Part shown: piece by piece, positions 10,269 to 21,197 of the stretch
Layout: each line of letters starts with the position of its first letter
Position numbering within the stretch: position 1 is the stretch's first letter
NCBI GenBank assembly: GCA_047602425.1
Contig: JASGHG010000001.1
Coordinates: forward strand, 1,760,001 to 1,824,000
Length of the DNA: 64,000 bases
Source of the DNA: Nibricoccus sp.
GTDB taxonomy: Bacteria; Verrucomicrobiota; Verrucomicrobiia; Opitutales; Opitutaceae
Direction: 5' to 3'
Notes under the pieces: generated by a model
The model's database searches: none
What the model saw: only the letters and a program-made list of their open reading frames with translations
What the model was told of the DNA's origin: nothing
Position numbers and translations under genes: made by a program

Positions 10269-10970
10269 ATGAGACGCTTATATCAAAATCGCCTCGCAAT
10301 GGTGGGAGCCACCGTTGCCGTGCTAAACGAAAACAAGAACGTCTGGGAAAATACACCCGCGTTCGCCAAAGCCGTGACGGAGGTGCTCGCCAAGATGCAA
10401 GCCTTCCAGACCGAATCGGGCAAACAACAGACGCCCATCACTGGAGCCGCCGCTTCCAAGGCGCAGGCTCGCGATGGCTTGGAGGATGCAGCCCTCGAAA
10501 TCGCCGACCAGCTCTCCGCCCTCGCGGAAGAACGCGCCGACGCGAAACTCGCCGCCCAAGTCGAGATCACCCGCTCCGCCCTCGACAAACTCAGCGACGA
10601 TGAACTCGAAGCAACCGCCAAACGCGTGGCGACACTCGCCACCCAGAACCTCGGGCCATTGGCCGATTATATGGTCACCCAAAACGAGATCACTGAACTG
10701 GAGCAGATGGCCGGGGAGTTCTCCAAGCTCAAGACGGCCCCGCGCGTCGCCATTGTCGAACGTTCCAGCTCCACGAACGCCCTGCCCTAGCTGTCGAACG
10801 AGGCGAGTCGCATCCTGCGTGGCCGGATCGACAAAATGGTCTCGAAGTTCCGCAACACGCATCTGGAGTTCGTCGCGAAGTACCGCTCCGCTCGCGTGAT
10901 CGTCGACCGCGTCAGCACCACAACCAAATCAAAAGCGCCAAGTACGCCGGCACCGGCAGCAGCAAAGTAA
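10269..10970 (+). pseudogene. Helical hypothetical protein (233 codons) interrupted by an in-frame TAG at 10788-10790
   Basis: The same frame continues LSNEASRILRGRIDKMVSKF..FVAKYRSARVIVD to TAA at 10968-10970, directly followed by a terminator. Confidence 0.75.
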
Positions 10971-10983
10971 CCCCCCTCAAGCC

Positions 10984-11016
10984 ACAAGCCGGAGCCAGTG
11001 AGCTCCGGCTTGTTTT
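10984..11016 (+). terminator. Rho-independent terminator
   Basis: ACAAGCCGGAGC-cagtga-GCTCCGGCTTGT followed by TTT. Confidence 0.8.
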
Positions 11017-11047
11017 GCCTGTTCGACACGCTCACGGAGGAATCACG

Positions 11048-12262
11048 ATGGCGGAAGACAACATTAAATCGCACGAATCCACTGGTTCGGCCGGAAACCA
11101 AACGCCTGATTCGCTATCTTCAATGGCACTCCCCGCCCGCGATCAGCTCTTCGGGGAATTGGAGAAAATTGACCTGAGCGAGGCATTCAAGGCTCTCGGC
11201 ATTGCGGCCACGGCCGATGGGATGCCGGCCCTGTCGTTTCCCGCGACCTTGGGTGAAAACGAATTATTGAACAACGCCTTGCTTGGCGAAACCCTACCCG
11301 CTGAAATCGCCAACGTCAGCCCCACAGAAGACGATCCCATGGGATTATTCGACAAACACAGAATCTGCCTCTGCTCAGCGGTGACCGGAATCGTCACCAA
11401 AAACGGCAAGCCCGTACAGGGCGCCGAAATCGTGCGTCGCCTCGACCTGATTCACCACCAAAACCAGGTTCATATCGACAAGGCAGTGACTAATGCCAAC
11501 GGACGCTTTTCCTTCAAACCCGCCTACGCCCGGAAATGGAAATACGTTTTATGGGAAGTGGTGACCGACCAAAAGCTCCTCATCCGGCACGAAGGAAAAC
11601 TCTATCTTGGCTGGACCAACGTCAGCCATGGCAGAGACCTAAACGAAGAGTACTGCACCTCCATTTTCCCTCCCAACTATATAAAACTGGATTTCAATGG
11701 AGACCTCTCGCATGCCACACCCCTGCCCGGCGATGTCGACCTGAACAGGAACATGACGGGCCAGGGCTTCTTCAATTCCGAACCTGTCTGCGTGTGCAGC
11801 TATTTAAAAATTCTCGTCACACTCAATGGCGAGCCAACCCAAGGAGTTAAAGTCGTTCGGACCGCCGAACATGTCGGCTACGACAATTACGAACAAAAGG
11901 GCATAACCGACGGCGACGGCGAAGTGAACCTCGACGCTCTCCATGCCCCGCTACTCATCCACAAAAATGCAAAGACCGAGATCCGGCAGAAAGTGATTTT
12001 GATTCACGAGGGAAAAGAATATCTCGGCTGGGAGAAGACCAAGACGAATCCCTGGGCATGGGGGGAATATAATTTGGATAGCGCCCGATGGGGTCTAAAT
12101 ACCGAGGTTACTGCCGAACTAACCGATGACCCCCAAGCAATCCGCACCATAGAGACAGACCCCGAACGCTGCGGAAAAGATGACCTTCTACCTGCCGGTA
12201 CCATTACGTACCAAGGGCTTTTTAAGATTACGCGCTACAACCCAGGCTACGAAAAAGAATGA
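11048..12262 (+). CDS. Protein with two tandem DUF6795-like (transthyretin/carboxypeptidase-regulatory-like) domains
   Basis: Internal duplication: C.CS..NG.P.QG...VR..T...G...Q...I.HEGK.YLGW occurs twice; GGAGG RBS before ATG 11048; alternative start at 11339 (MGLFDKH). Confidence 0.65.
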   Translation: MAEDNIKSHESTGSAGNQTPDSLSSMALPARDQLFGELEKIDLSEAFKALGIAATADGMPALSFPATLGENELLNNALLGETLPAEIANVSPTEDDPMGLFDKHRICLCSAVTGIVTKNGKPVQGAEIVRRLDLIHHQNQVHIDKAVTNANGRFSFKPAYARKWKYVLWEVVTDQKLLIRHEGKLYLGWTNVSHGRDLNEEYCTSIFPPNYIKLDFNGDLSHATPLPGDVDLNRNMTGQGFFNSEPVCVCSYLKILVTLNGEPTQGVKVVRTAEHVGYDNYEQKGITDGDGEVNLDALHAPLLIHKNAKTEIRQKVILIHEGKEYLGWEKTKTNPWAWGEYNLDSARWGLNTEVTAELTDDPQAIRTIETDPERCGKDDLLPAGTITYQGLFKITRYNPGYEKE

Positions 12263-13416
12263 AACTTAAAACACTGACTCCTCAGCATGCAGTCCAAGTC
12301 GCTGTAGCCATCTACGACAATCGACTTTCCGATAACGTCAGCGCCGCTTTCGAAAAAACCGCAGTCGACGAACATTTTGATTTCTCCAACCAACCACCAT
12401 CTAGCCTTGGTGCAGCCCAGCGTTTCACCGCTCGAACGGGTGCGTTCGAATTTAAATCGAAAACCGGCTTCGCCGTCATGGCGATGGGCAAGAAAGGCAA
12501 GGACCACGAAGGTGAAGCTCTTCTCGCGTGCCGAGGCACAGTCAGCGGCTACGACTGGCTTTCGGATGGCAACTATGCGATGACACTCGGTGCTTCAGGA
12601 ACTCGCGTGCACTCCGGTTTCAACCGTGCGTTCAATGACATGAAAGCCGGCTTCGCTTCATTCCTGACGCGCAACGGACCAACGCGCATTCATTGCATCG
12701 GTCATAGCCTGGGCGGTGCGCTGGCCACACTGGCAGCCGATTGGTTGGCGACAATGGGCTACAAGGTAGTGCTCTATACCTTCGGATCGCCCCGCGTTGG
12801 CACTGAAGATTTTGCTCAAAATCTCACCCAGCGGCTCGGGCAAAAAGGAATTCATCGTGTGTGCCACAGCGGCGATCCCGTAACGATGGTACCCGTGTGG
12901 CCCTACATGCATGCGCCGAGACCCGACGGCGAATGCTGGATCAGCCGCTCCGCCGGTTTGTCGATGTCAGCGCACTTCAAAGCAAATTATGCGCAGAGCG
13001 TTGCACAGGGTCCAAATTGGTCGGACCTCCGTTTTCCAACGCCCACCATGGCGCTCGAATATGGGGTGCGTCTGGCCTCGCCGGAATCGCTCCTGCAAAT
13101 GCTCACGGTTTCTCCGCTGATCGTATTTGGCGCGGTCGTGCGCATGATCTGCAAGCCACTCGCTATTGTTCTCATGCCAGGTGTGTCAGTCCTCGATCAG
13201 ATGTCGCTGTGGGTGGAGAAAGCCTGCTCAATCTCCATTGAAAGCGATAACCTGGCACGCACTCTTCTGAATGCGCTCATCAAATTCCTCGGCCTGACTA
13301 TCACCGTGCCTCAACAAATTCTTCACGATACCATCCGGTTGGTTTGGGGCTATTTCCTCTCCACGTATTACAAACTTGCAGGGCAGGCAGCGGCCGCCGC
13401 CGATTCGCAAGCATAA
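12259..13416 (+). CDS. Lipase class 3 (Tle-like phospholipase)
   Basis: CRGT, VHSGF, GHSLGGALA, YTFGSPRVG, DPVTMVP motifs; ATGA overlap with the upstream gene. Confidence 0.9.
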   Translation: MKLKTLTPQHAVQVAVAIYDNRLSDNVSAAFEKTAVDEHFDFSNQPPSSLGAAQRFTARTGAFEFKSKTGFAVMAMGKKGKDHEGEALLACRGTVSGYDWLSDGNYAMTLGASGTRVHSGFNRAFNDMKAGFASFLTRNGPTRIHCIGHSLGGALATLAADWLATMGYKVVLYTFGSPRVGTEDFAQNLTQRLGQKGIHRVCHSGDPVTMVPVWPYMHAPRPDGECWISRSAGLSMSAHFKANYAQSVAQGPNWSDLRFPTPTMALEYGVRLASPESLLQMLTVSPLIVFGAVVRMICKPLAIVLMPGVSVLDQMSLWVEKACSISIESDNLARTLLNALIKFLGLTITVPQQILHDTIRLVWGYFLSTYYKLAGQAAAAADSQA

Positions 13417-13559
13417 GCCGCGTCATCCTTCGCGGTTTCTCGCGCAGCGAGTCGAGTGCCATCAACACCACCCCGGCAGCGATCGAATGGTGCAGCGTAT
13501 TGGAAGATATGTTGGGCGTGATGATTGGTTTTAGAAGGATTCGATCTCGGCCGCGCCAT

Positions 13560-14417
13560 TTACTTGCTTCGACACACCCGAAATCCTTGATCCGGTCCCC
13601 GGCTGTTCGCGTCAAAGCTGCCTCGAAAGGATGAGGCGCAGCAGAAATCGCCGCCGAGCCAGCCGCCGCCTTTCCAGACGCGGGCCGCGCCGTGCTCAGG
13701 CCCTTTTGGGTCGGCTCCATGACCGACAACTTCGCCGAACCAGTCACAACACCACTCGCGGACATTGCCCGACAGGTCGCAAAGCCCCAGTTCGTTCGGC
13801 GCTTTGCCACCGACGGCGTGGGTCTTGTTGTTGTTCCGTTCCACCAGGGGCCAGTTCCACGCGCCCTCCAGCCGGGTATCGCCGGCGTTTTGCCAGAACC
13901 AACCGACCTTATCCAGTTCGTCGCTCCCACTGTAGATAAAATTCCTGCTCAGCCGACCGCCACCGGCGGCAAATTCCCATTCGGCTTCGGTCGGAAGACG
14001 ATAGCCATTGGTTCCCACATTGATTGTCACGGTCCACTTGACATCGTCGTTGGCGCTTTCGTTGTTCGGATCTTTCGCGTCGCGATTTATTGTATAGTAC
14101 GGCTTCAATCCCTCCTGAAGGCTTCGCTTGTTGCAGTATTCGATGCAGTCGTACCAGCTGACCATTTCGACCGGGAGATCGTCGCCTTTGAATTGCGACG
14201 GATTGTCTCCCATCACAGCGAGCCATTCTTTCTGGGTGACTTCGTATTTCCCGAGGTAAAACGAGGCCACGGTTACATTCTTGCCGTGGTAGCCGGCCTT
14301 GGTGTTGAGAAAAGTCCCTCCTTGAACAAGCACGAAGCGATCGGAAACCGTCTGTGACCACGCGGGAACTAAAACCAACGTCAACACGTACAAAATAAGG
14401 AAATAATTTCTCATCAA
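13560..14417 (-). CDS. Formylglycine-generating-enzyme (FGE/SUMF1) family protein, secreted
   Basis: YEVTQ, PVEMVSW, YRLPTEAEWEFAA, GNVREW, GFRV; signal peptide. Confidence 0.9.
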   Translation of the reverse strand: MMRNYFLILYVLTLVLVPAWSQTVSDRFVLVQGGTFLNTKAGYHGKNVTVASFYLGKYEVTQKEWLAVMGDNPSQFKGDDLPVEMVSWYDCIEYCNKRSLQEGLKPYYTINRDAKDPNNESANDDVKWTVTINVGTNGYRLPTEAEWEFAAGGGRLSRNFIYSGSDELDKVGWFWQNAGDTRLEGAWNWPLVERNNNKTHAVGGKAPNELGLCDLSGNVREWCCDWFGEVVGHGADPKGPEHGAARVWKGGGWLGGDFCCASSFRGSFDANSRGPDQGFRVCRSK

Positions 14418-14563
14418 TTGGATCTATTAAATTGGTTCAGGGATGCGCGACAGGCCACGCTCCGCGAAGGGAACGCGGCCAGGGCTTTACCGATATGAGT
14501 TACTAAAAACCCTCCACGAGCGCCGGGCCAAAAGCGACCCACGGCGCCCGCGGAGCGTGACGC

Positions 14564-15253
14564 TTACCACACCGTGAGGTTGGACTGCCCGCTGCTTTTG
14601 AAGCCTTCGGTCGCCATGATCTGGTAGTTGTGCGTGCCGAGATTCCAGCCTTTGCTCTTCCACGCGTTGACGTGATTGACGAAGGTGATGGCGACATTGC
14701 TGCCCGTCGCTCGCTTGGACGTCCGGACGCTCCAGTACTGATAGAAGGTTTGCGTGCCTTGAATGGACGGCGCGTTGACACGTTGCATCCGGTACAGGTC
14801 GTAGGTGCCGCCGTTGCTGCTCACGGTACCCGCGGAAGTGCCGCCCGGCGGTCTCCAACTGCCCCAGCTGTCGACGACGTAATATTCAATCAAGGGACTG
14901 GTTGTCCAACCGTAGAGCGTCAGGTAGGCGTTGCCGGAGGGCGCCCAGACGCCGCAGTTATAGTTGACCGTTCTGGATGACGAACCGGTTTTCCAGCCTT
15001 TGCCGCCGACGAAGTTGTAGGAGCTGCCGAGGTTCCAATTGACACTATAATTGCCGCCCGAGCCCAGCGTCATGGAGACGGTTCCACCATCCTTCCAATA
15101 GGAATAGTAGTAACCGTTGTTGGTGCCCGTTTGGTTACTGGTGATGGTTTGGGCTTTGAGGCCGGCGGCGGAGGCAACGATCAAGCCGGCAAGGACGAGG
15201 CCTTGCGGGCGCACGCGCCGAAGCGCGGAGGTCATGAACGCGATTTGTTTCAT
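14564..15253 (-). CDS. Endo-1,4-beta-xylanase, GH11
   Basis: [36 protein letters not shown] with both catalytic Glu; signal peptide. Confidence 0.96.
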   Translation of the reverse strand: MKQIAFMTSALRRVRPQGLVLAGLIVASAAGLKAQTITSNQTGTNNGYYYSYWKDGGTVSMTLGSGGNYSVNWNLGSSYNFVGGKGWKTGSSSRTVNYNCGVWAPSGNAYLTLYGWTTSPLIEYYVVDSWGSWRPPGGTSAGTVSSNGGTYDLYRMQRVNAPSIQGTQTFYQYWSVRTSKRATGSNVAITFVNHVNAWKSKGWNLGTHNYQIMATEGFKSSGQSNLTVW

Positions 15254-15639
15254 TGGGGTATTTTTTTGTGGATGGCAGCATCCGTCCACGATGCTCCTCA
15301 GCTTGGGGTAAGCTAGGGGAAGGGGCATTGGGGTTGGATGCCGGGCCTGAAACAGGCCAGTTGCTCGAATGGCGCGCCGTTCGATTCGCTTCAAAATTTT
15401 CGCCGCTCTAACTGTAGCACCGACCACGTCCGGTCCGCTTCGCACCGAATCCGCGCCAGCCGTGAAACGCGGCTGTTTTCCAGTGTCCGAAAAACCCCAG
15501 TCTTCCCGGTCCGACCCTCGCCGACTCCGCAGGTCTCTCGCTCCCCGCAACGACGCGTCTGCTGAATTTGCGTCAAAAGTCCGGTCGTCGTCGCTCCGCG
15601 ATTGCCATTCACGCGGGCGTTGTTTTGGTCGGTGACGTC

Positions 15640-16941
15640 GTGCCCGTCACCGAATCGGCCCTCAGCCAATACCTCAGCATTTTCAAGCGCTCCACTCGCG
15701 GACGCTTGGATTGGGTGACGCCGCTTGCCATTTTGGGGCTCTGCATCATCGGCGTCTGCTTCATCTTCAGCGCCTCCTACGCGCCTCTGCCCACGATTGC
15801 GTCCCAAGGCAGCATCGTGCGTTGGGTCATAGCCTTGATGAAGACCTTTTGGTTCAAGCAACTCATTTATCTATCGATGGGCGCGGTACTTTACGTCGCT
15901 GTTTCGCTTATCGATTACCGGCTGTGGTTGAGCATCGCGCATTGGTTTTATCTCGGTTGCGTGGCGACACTCATTGTTGTGCTGATCCCGGGCGTCGGCG
16001 GCTCGGCGGCGGAAAAATGGGGAGCGCAGCGCTGGATCGATCTCGGCTTTTTCGCCTACCAGCCTTCCGAAACGGCCAAGGTCGCCGTCCTCCTCATCGT
16101 CGCCAGCCTGTTGACGCGCTCGCAAGTGGGCACGATTGCGCAATCGCTCGGCGTACTTGGGAAATTGGCTCTTGCGGTGGGGATTCCCTTGTTCTTGATC
16201 TTCCTGCAACCCGACCTCAAATCGGCCATCGTGCTTCCCCCTTTGGTGTTCTCCATGCTTTACGTCTCCCGGCTTTCGACGCGTTTCTTCGCGGCGGCGC
16301 TCGGCGCGTTCATCATTCTGGTGGGCATCGTGGCTTGGGATTCCGTTGGCTACGTAAAATACATGCAGGCCAACGGGTATGAATTTCAACGCGACAAGGG
16401 CAAATACGAGCCCCACACGATCATTCCTTTGCGCGATTATCAGCGGAATCGCATCCTGACTTTCGCCAATCCCGAGATCATCGACCCCTCCCGCACCAAG
16501 GATGCGTGGAATCTCACGCAGTCGCAGATCTCGGTTGGTTCGGGCGGCCTGACCGGCAAAGGCTGGACAAAGGGCACTCAAGCCCAGCTCGGCTACCTGC
16601 CTGCGTCGATTGCGCACAACGATTTTATCTTCTCGGTCATCGCCGAGGAGAAAGGTTTTTTGGGAAGCCTCACGGTTCTCAGCCTGTTTGGAGTAGTGAT
16701 GTTTAACGGCGTTCGCATCGCCGGACTCGCCAGAGACCGCTTCGGCAAACTGCTCGCCATCGGCGTGACAGTGCTGTTTGCGGTGCACGTATTCGTTAAC
16801 ATCGCGATGACATTCGGGATGGTGCCCATCACGGGCATACCGCTTCCCTTCATCAGCTACGGTGGCTCCTTTGTGCTTAGTTGTTGCCTGCTGCAAGGAC
16901 TGGTCCAGAGCGTCTATCGCTTCAGGAAGGATCACACATGA
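15640..16941 (+). CDS. rodA: Rod shape-determining protein RodA (SEDS family)
   Basis: [48 protein letters not shown]; lies upstream of rne/rng; start approximate. Confidence 0.85.
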   Translation: MPVTESALSQYLSIFKRSTRGRLDWVTPLAILGLCIIGVCFIFSASYAPLPTIASQGSIVRWVIALMKTFWFKQLIYLSMGAVLYVAVSLIDYRLWLSIAHWFYLGCVATLIVVLIPGVGGSAAEKWGAQRWIDLGFFAYQPSETAKVAVLLIVASLLTRSQVGTIAQSLGVLGKLALAVGIPLFLIFLQPDLKSAIVLPPLVFSMLYVSRLSTRFFAAALGAFIILVGIVAWDSVGYVKYMQANGYEFQRDKGKYEPHTIIPLRDYQRNRILTFANPEIIDPSRTKDAWNLTQSQISVGSGGLTGKGWTKGTQAQLGYLPASIAHNDFIFSVIAEEKGFLGSLTVLSLFGVVMFNGVRIAGLARDRFGKLLAIGVTVLFAVHVFVNIAMTFGMVPITGIPLPFISYGGSFVLSCCLLQGLVQSVYRFRKDHT

Positions 16942-17040
16942 GATCTCTTCTTCGCGCTATCGACCGCTCTGCCGGAATCTCCTGCGCCACAACCCAAGCG
17001 CCGGGGCCAACCGTCGTAACAACCCACGACAACCCGCCAC

Positions 17041-18801
17041 ATGAGCGACACAACCCGACCCACCCCCAATACGAACGACGTCCCTCCCCAGGACGCCGCC
17101 CACCAATATGACGAGGAGCTCGTTAATCCTCCGCCCCAAACCGTCGCTGAGCCCATCAGCCCTGCCGAACTAAAAGCCGGCGCCAAAGAACGGGCCCAGC
17201 AACGCCCCCTGCTCCAGAAGATCCTGTCGATGTTCCAGAAGGAAAAAACTTCCTTCCGCGAACTCATCATAAACTCCGAACCGCTCGAAAAACGCGTCGC
17301 CCTCCTCGTCGACGGCACGCTTGAGAAGTTCGAGATCGAACGCGAGTCCGACAACCGCATGGTCGGCGGCATCTACAAAGGCCGCATCAAAAACCTCGAT
17401 CCAGGCCTAAAAGCCGCCTTCGTCGACATCGGCTACAGCAAAAACGCCTTCCTGCACTACTGGGACATGCTCCCCGCCGCCGCCGACTCGTCCGTCGAAG
17501 TCGTCCGCGTCAACAAGCGCAAGGACGCCCCGATCCGCACCAGCGAGCCCACCGTCAAGGACATCCCCGGCCTGTATCCACCCGGCACCGACATCGTCAT
17601 CCAGGTGACGAAAGGTCCGATCGGCACCAAGGGCCCGCGCACCACGACGAACCTTGCGCTACCGGGACGTTACCTCGTGCTCATGCCCTTCTCCGACCAA
17701 TGTGGCATCTCGCGCAAAATCGAGGACCACAAGGAGCGCCAACGCCTCAAACAGATGATCAACGAGCTCACCATTCCGGAAGGCATGGGCGTGATCGTTC
17801 GCACCGCTGGCGAGGGAAAGAAAACCCGTTATTTCGTTCGCGACCTTCACCTGTTGCTCAAGACCTGGGCCGGCATTCAGGAAAAAATGCAGTCCGAAAA
17901 AGCCCCGGCCTGCCTCTATCAGGAACCCGACCTCGTCGAACGCACCGTGCGCGATTTCCTCACCGAGGAAGTTGACCGTGTGCTCATCGACAACGCCGAG
18001 GACCACAGCCGCACGCAAAAACTCGTCGCACAAATCTCCAAACGCTCCGCCTCCAAGATCGCCCTCTACAAGGACAACATTCCGATCTTCGAACGCTTCA
18101 ACATCGAGCGCCAGATCGAGCAAACCTTCCAACGCAAAGTCCCGCTTCCGTCCGGCGGCGAAATCATCATCGACGAAACCGAGGCCCTCATCGCCGTCGA
18201 CGTCAACACCGGCTCCCATAAGAACCGCGGCGGCGACGAAAAGAACACCATCTACGCGGTGAACCTAGAAGCCGCCGTCGAAATCGCCCGCCAGATCCGC
18301 CTCCGCAATCTCGGTGGTCTGATCATCATGGACTTCATCGACATGAAGGAACGGCGCCACCGCAACGCCGTTTACGAGAAAATGGTTCAGGCCATGTCGG
18401 AAGACAAAGCCAAGAACCACATCCTCCCCATCTCGCAGCTCGGCATCATGCAAATGACCCGCCAACGCCAGCAGGAATCGCTCTCGAGCAACTTGTACAC
18501 CGACTGCCCCTACTGCCGCGGCCGCGGCATCGTGAAGTCGGCGACAACGATGTCAGTCGAATTGCAGCGCAAGTTGTCCTCCGTCGTCCGCCGCCTCCAA
18601 ATGCGCAACGACGGCAAGGAATATTCCCTCCGTGTATTGGTTCACCCCAGCATCCTCGAACGCCTCCGCAGCGAAGATGCCGAACTACTCGTACGTATGG
18701 AAAAGCTGTTCGGCGTGAAGCTCGCCTTCCGCGCCGACCTCAATTACCACGTCGAGAATTTCAAAATCATCAACGCGATCACAAACGAGGAGTACCGGTG
18801 A
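17041..18801 (+). CDS. Ribonuclease E/G family
   Basis: S1 domain (AAFVDIG), [37 protein letters not shown] Zn link; no long C-terminal scaffold (RNase G-like). Confidence 0.95.
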   Translation: MSDTTRPTPNTNDVPPQDAAHQYDEELVNPPPQTVAEPISPAELKAGAKERAQQRPLLQKILSMFQKEKTSFRELIINSEPLEKRVALLVDGTLEKFEIERESDNRMVGGIYKGRIKNLDPGLKAAFVDIGYSKNAFLHYWDMLPAAADSSVEVVRVNKRKDAPIRTSEPTVKDIPGLYPPGTDIVIQVTKGPIGTKGPRTTTNLALPGRYLVLMPFSDQCGISRKIEDHKERQRLKQMINELTIPEGMGVIVRTAGEGKKTRYFVRDLHLLLKTWAGIQEKMQSEKAPACLYQEPDLVERTVRDFLTEEVDRVLIDNAEDHSRTQKLVAQISKRSASKIALYKDNIPIFERFNIERQIEQTFQRKVPLPSGGEIIIDETEALIAVDVNTGSHKNRGGDEKNTIYAVNLEAAVEIARQIRLRNLGGLIIMDFIDMKERRHRNAVYEKMVQAMSEDKAKNHILPISQLGIMQMTRQRQQESLSSNLYTDCPYCRGRGIVKSATTMSVELQRKLSSVVRRLQMRNDGKEYSLRVLVHPSILERLRSEDAELLVRMEKLFGVKLAFRADLNYHVENFKIINAITNEEYR

Positions 18802-18810
18802 AGCGTGTGA

Positions 18811-18892
18811 GGTGACATTAATTCCGTGTTGGTGACACGAATTCCGTGACGCTTACATGAATTCAATGCAGAGCTGACACAAACTCCGTCCT
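18811..18892 (+). repeat. Four direct repeats of about 20 bp in the rne/rng 3' UTR
   Basis: GGTGACATTAATTCCGTGTT / GGTGACACGAATTCCGTGAC / GCTTACATGAATTCAATGCA / GCTGACACAAACTCCGTCCT. Confidence 0.75.
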
Positions 18893-18901
18893 GCCTTTCA
18901 G

Positions 18902-18938
18902 CCCGCCGCGCGCCACTTGGCGCGGCGGGTTTTTCTTT
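18902..18938 (+). terminator. Rho-independent terminator of rodA-rne
   Basis: CCCGCCGCGC..GCGCGGCGGG followed by TTTTTCTTT. Confidence 0.85.
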
Positions 18939-19094
18939 GGCCAAATAGACGCTTACCTGGTCTGCAAAAATGAGGAAAGCCTTCGGCCAGCGGGTTTCGA
19001 TACCGTGTGGTCAGACCAACGCTGATCGGATATCCCGATACAGTGGAGGCAAGGGCAGCCAGATTGGTATCCCGCCAATTCAGGAATTTTGATC

Positions 19095-21036
19095 TCACTC
19101 CTTGGTTTCATCCAATTCTAGGCGCAGGCAGTCATACATGACATTGATCTGCGCGCTGCCGCCGGACCTGCTGGGTGAGCGTGAGCTGATTTTGTCCCTT
19201 CTTAAGCAATTTGGCATCAAATGAAAAATTTCGGAGCAGGTATTGACCATGGATCCCCGCTCGAATCATCGCACTGTCCTTCTCGGTTAGGATCCGGCCA
19301 ATCGTCTCGCCGTTGATAGCCACCGCCAAGTCCGCCTTGGTCGCGCCGGCCAAGGCGACCCGAAGTGTAGCGCGGCCCTTTTTCGGCCGGGCTTCAAGGT
19401 TGAAGAGGACGCGCCAAGCAGTGCCTTCCGGTTTGCGGCCCGTAAGCACGGTCGGTTGCGCGTAGTTCCAGTCGGTGCGCTCCTGACTCCGGCCGATGAC
19501 GAAGTTGACGCCCCGAGGGAATTCCTCCGGATATTTCCGCCATAGCCCCCATTGTCGGTAGTCGTCGCCGTGGCGAAACTCCTTCGCGGTGCGATCGGGA
19601 GTGCCGATCTGCCAAAGCTGCCTCCCGTAGCGGACTGGCGCAATTTTCAAGGTGCCGGTGTCCACGGTCCGGCCTTTCTCCACCATGAGGTTGGCGGTCC
19701 GGAATTCACCCATCACCCCGTCGGCAAAAACATAGAGCGCGTAGGAACCGGGGCGGACGTGCGGGATCGTAAAACGGCCCTGAGGATCGGCGCGCACCCA
19801 AAATTGATAGCCATTGCTTTGCTGCTGCCAGTCCGACGTGGGTGCGGCCAAACCAACCCATGCGTTCGCCGCCGACGCGGCAGGATCCTGCGGATCTTGT
19901 ATTGCAATCCGTCCGGTCACTGCGCCCCGCTCCGCGGCGAGCGGATAAAGCGGATGGTCCATCCAGGCATGCGGCCAAGCCTGCCGTTCCGCCTCCGCCT
20001 TCTTTTTTGCGTCGGCCCAAAGCTCTTCGGCATTGCCGCCGGAATTGAGGTAAATCATGCATGGGCCGTATATCTTCCGCCAGGATTCCGCCCCGATTTC
20101 CACCGGCGCGGCGCCATAGTGGGTGCAGCTGAAAATCTTCATGAGGATCCGGCCGAAATGGGCCGTGTTGATTTGTTTGGTCGGGCCCCCGTTCTGGTCC
20201 TCCGTAGTTCCCGCCACCACCCAGCAGCCGATTTTCTTGTTCTGACCGATCCAGCCATGCACGAAATGTTCTCCCGCGTCCGCGAAATTGTGATACTTGT
20301 CAAATATCTGGCCTTTGAAAGGGCCGGCCGTGACTAGGAGGGACTCCTTCGGTTCCAGCGGTTTCACGGGCGTATCCGAGGGCGGCATGACCCGTTGCCG
20401 TTGATCGTCGATGGCGATGAAGTCGAAAACCTCGTCCTTCAGCCGGAACAGAAGGCGGATCTGTGTGAGTTTGGCCGGAGGATAGTCCGGTTCATGGGCG
20501 AACACGACGAACGCATAAAACCCGCTGTCGCCACGGCGGAGCACATAATGCAGCTCCAGGTCGAAAGGTAGATTTTCACCCTGTTGGCGGGCGGTTATGC
20601 ACACCTCGGCAAGAGCTCCGTCATTTGACGCCGGATCAACCTTCAACTGGAACTCGCCCGCGGCGATGCGCCCGTAGGTGCTGTGGTGGTCCTTAAAGTC
20701 CGCGTCCTCATCGCCGGCGTGCCAGTTGAGGTAGCCTGGGCTTTCCAGCAGGGAGATGCCGCGATACTCCAGCGTCAGGATGTTCCCGCTACGCTTGGCG
20801 ATCGCCACCGTGACGATTCCATTGTCCAGGACGACGCTGGTCGCCGAGTCGGTCACGGTGACGGCACCTCCCGGGGGTGCGATGTCGGTCGCCCGCGCCG
20901 CGCAGAGGAGCCAGCCGCTCAGGCCGAGCATTACCAGCATCCAGACTCGGGAGAACCTCACAGGAATCGAATCAATCTTTTCGGTCGAATGAGTCTCGAA
21001 GCCGATCAAGAGAGAATCTTTAGTCGTCTTCATCAT
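19095..21036 (-). CDS. Rhamnogalacturonan lyase (PL4), frameshifted near the C-terminus
   Basis: LDNGIV, SGFYAF, YQFW, WQIGTPDRTAKEF, DWNYAQ; the PL4-type terminal motif VMYDCLRLE lies in another frame after about 19168, with stop at 19095. Confidence 0.85.
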
Positions 21037-21197
21037 ACTTTGCCAACGATCAACGGTCAGCCACGCCGAGTTGGCGACTCCAAACGCGAAACAGACCCAG
21101 TCGAGGCGTTGCGCTGTAGTAGCGTCGAAGGCCCGCCCGCACCGGTGGCCAATTCAGCCGCTGCTTCTCCGTTCGTTGCCGGTAGCACTCACGCCAA

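Noticed and set aside
18811..18892. 20-bp repeats as a mini-CRISPR
   Set aside because: Repeats are contiguous with no spacers
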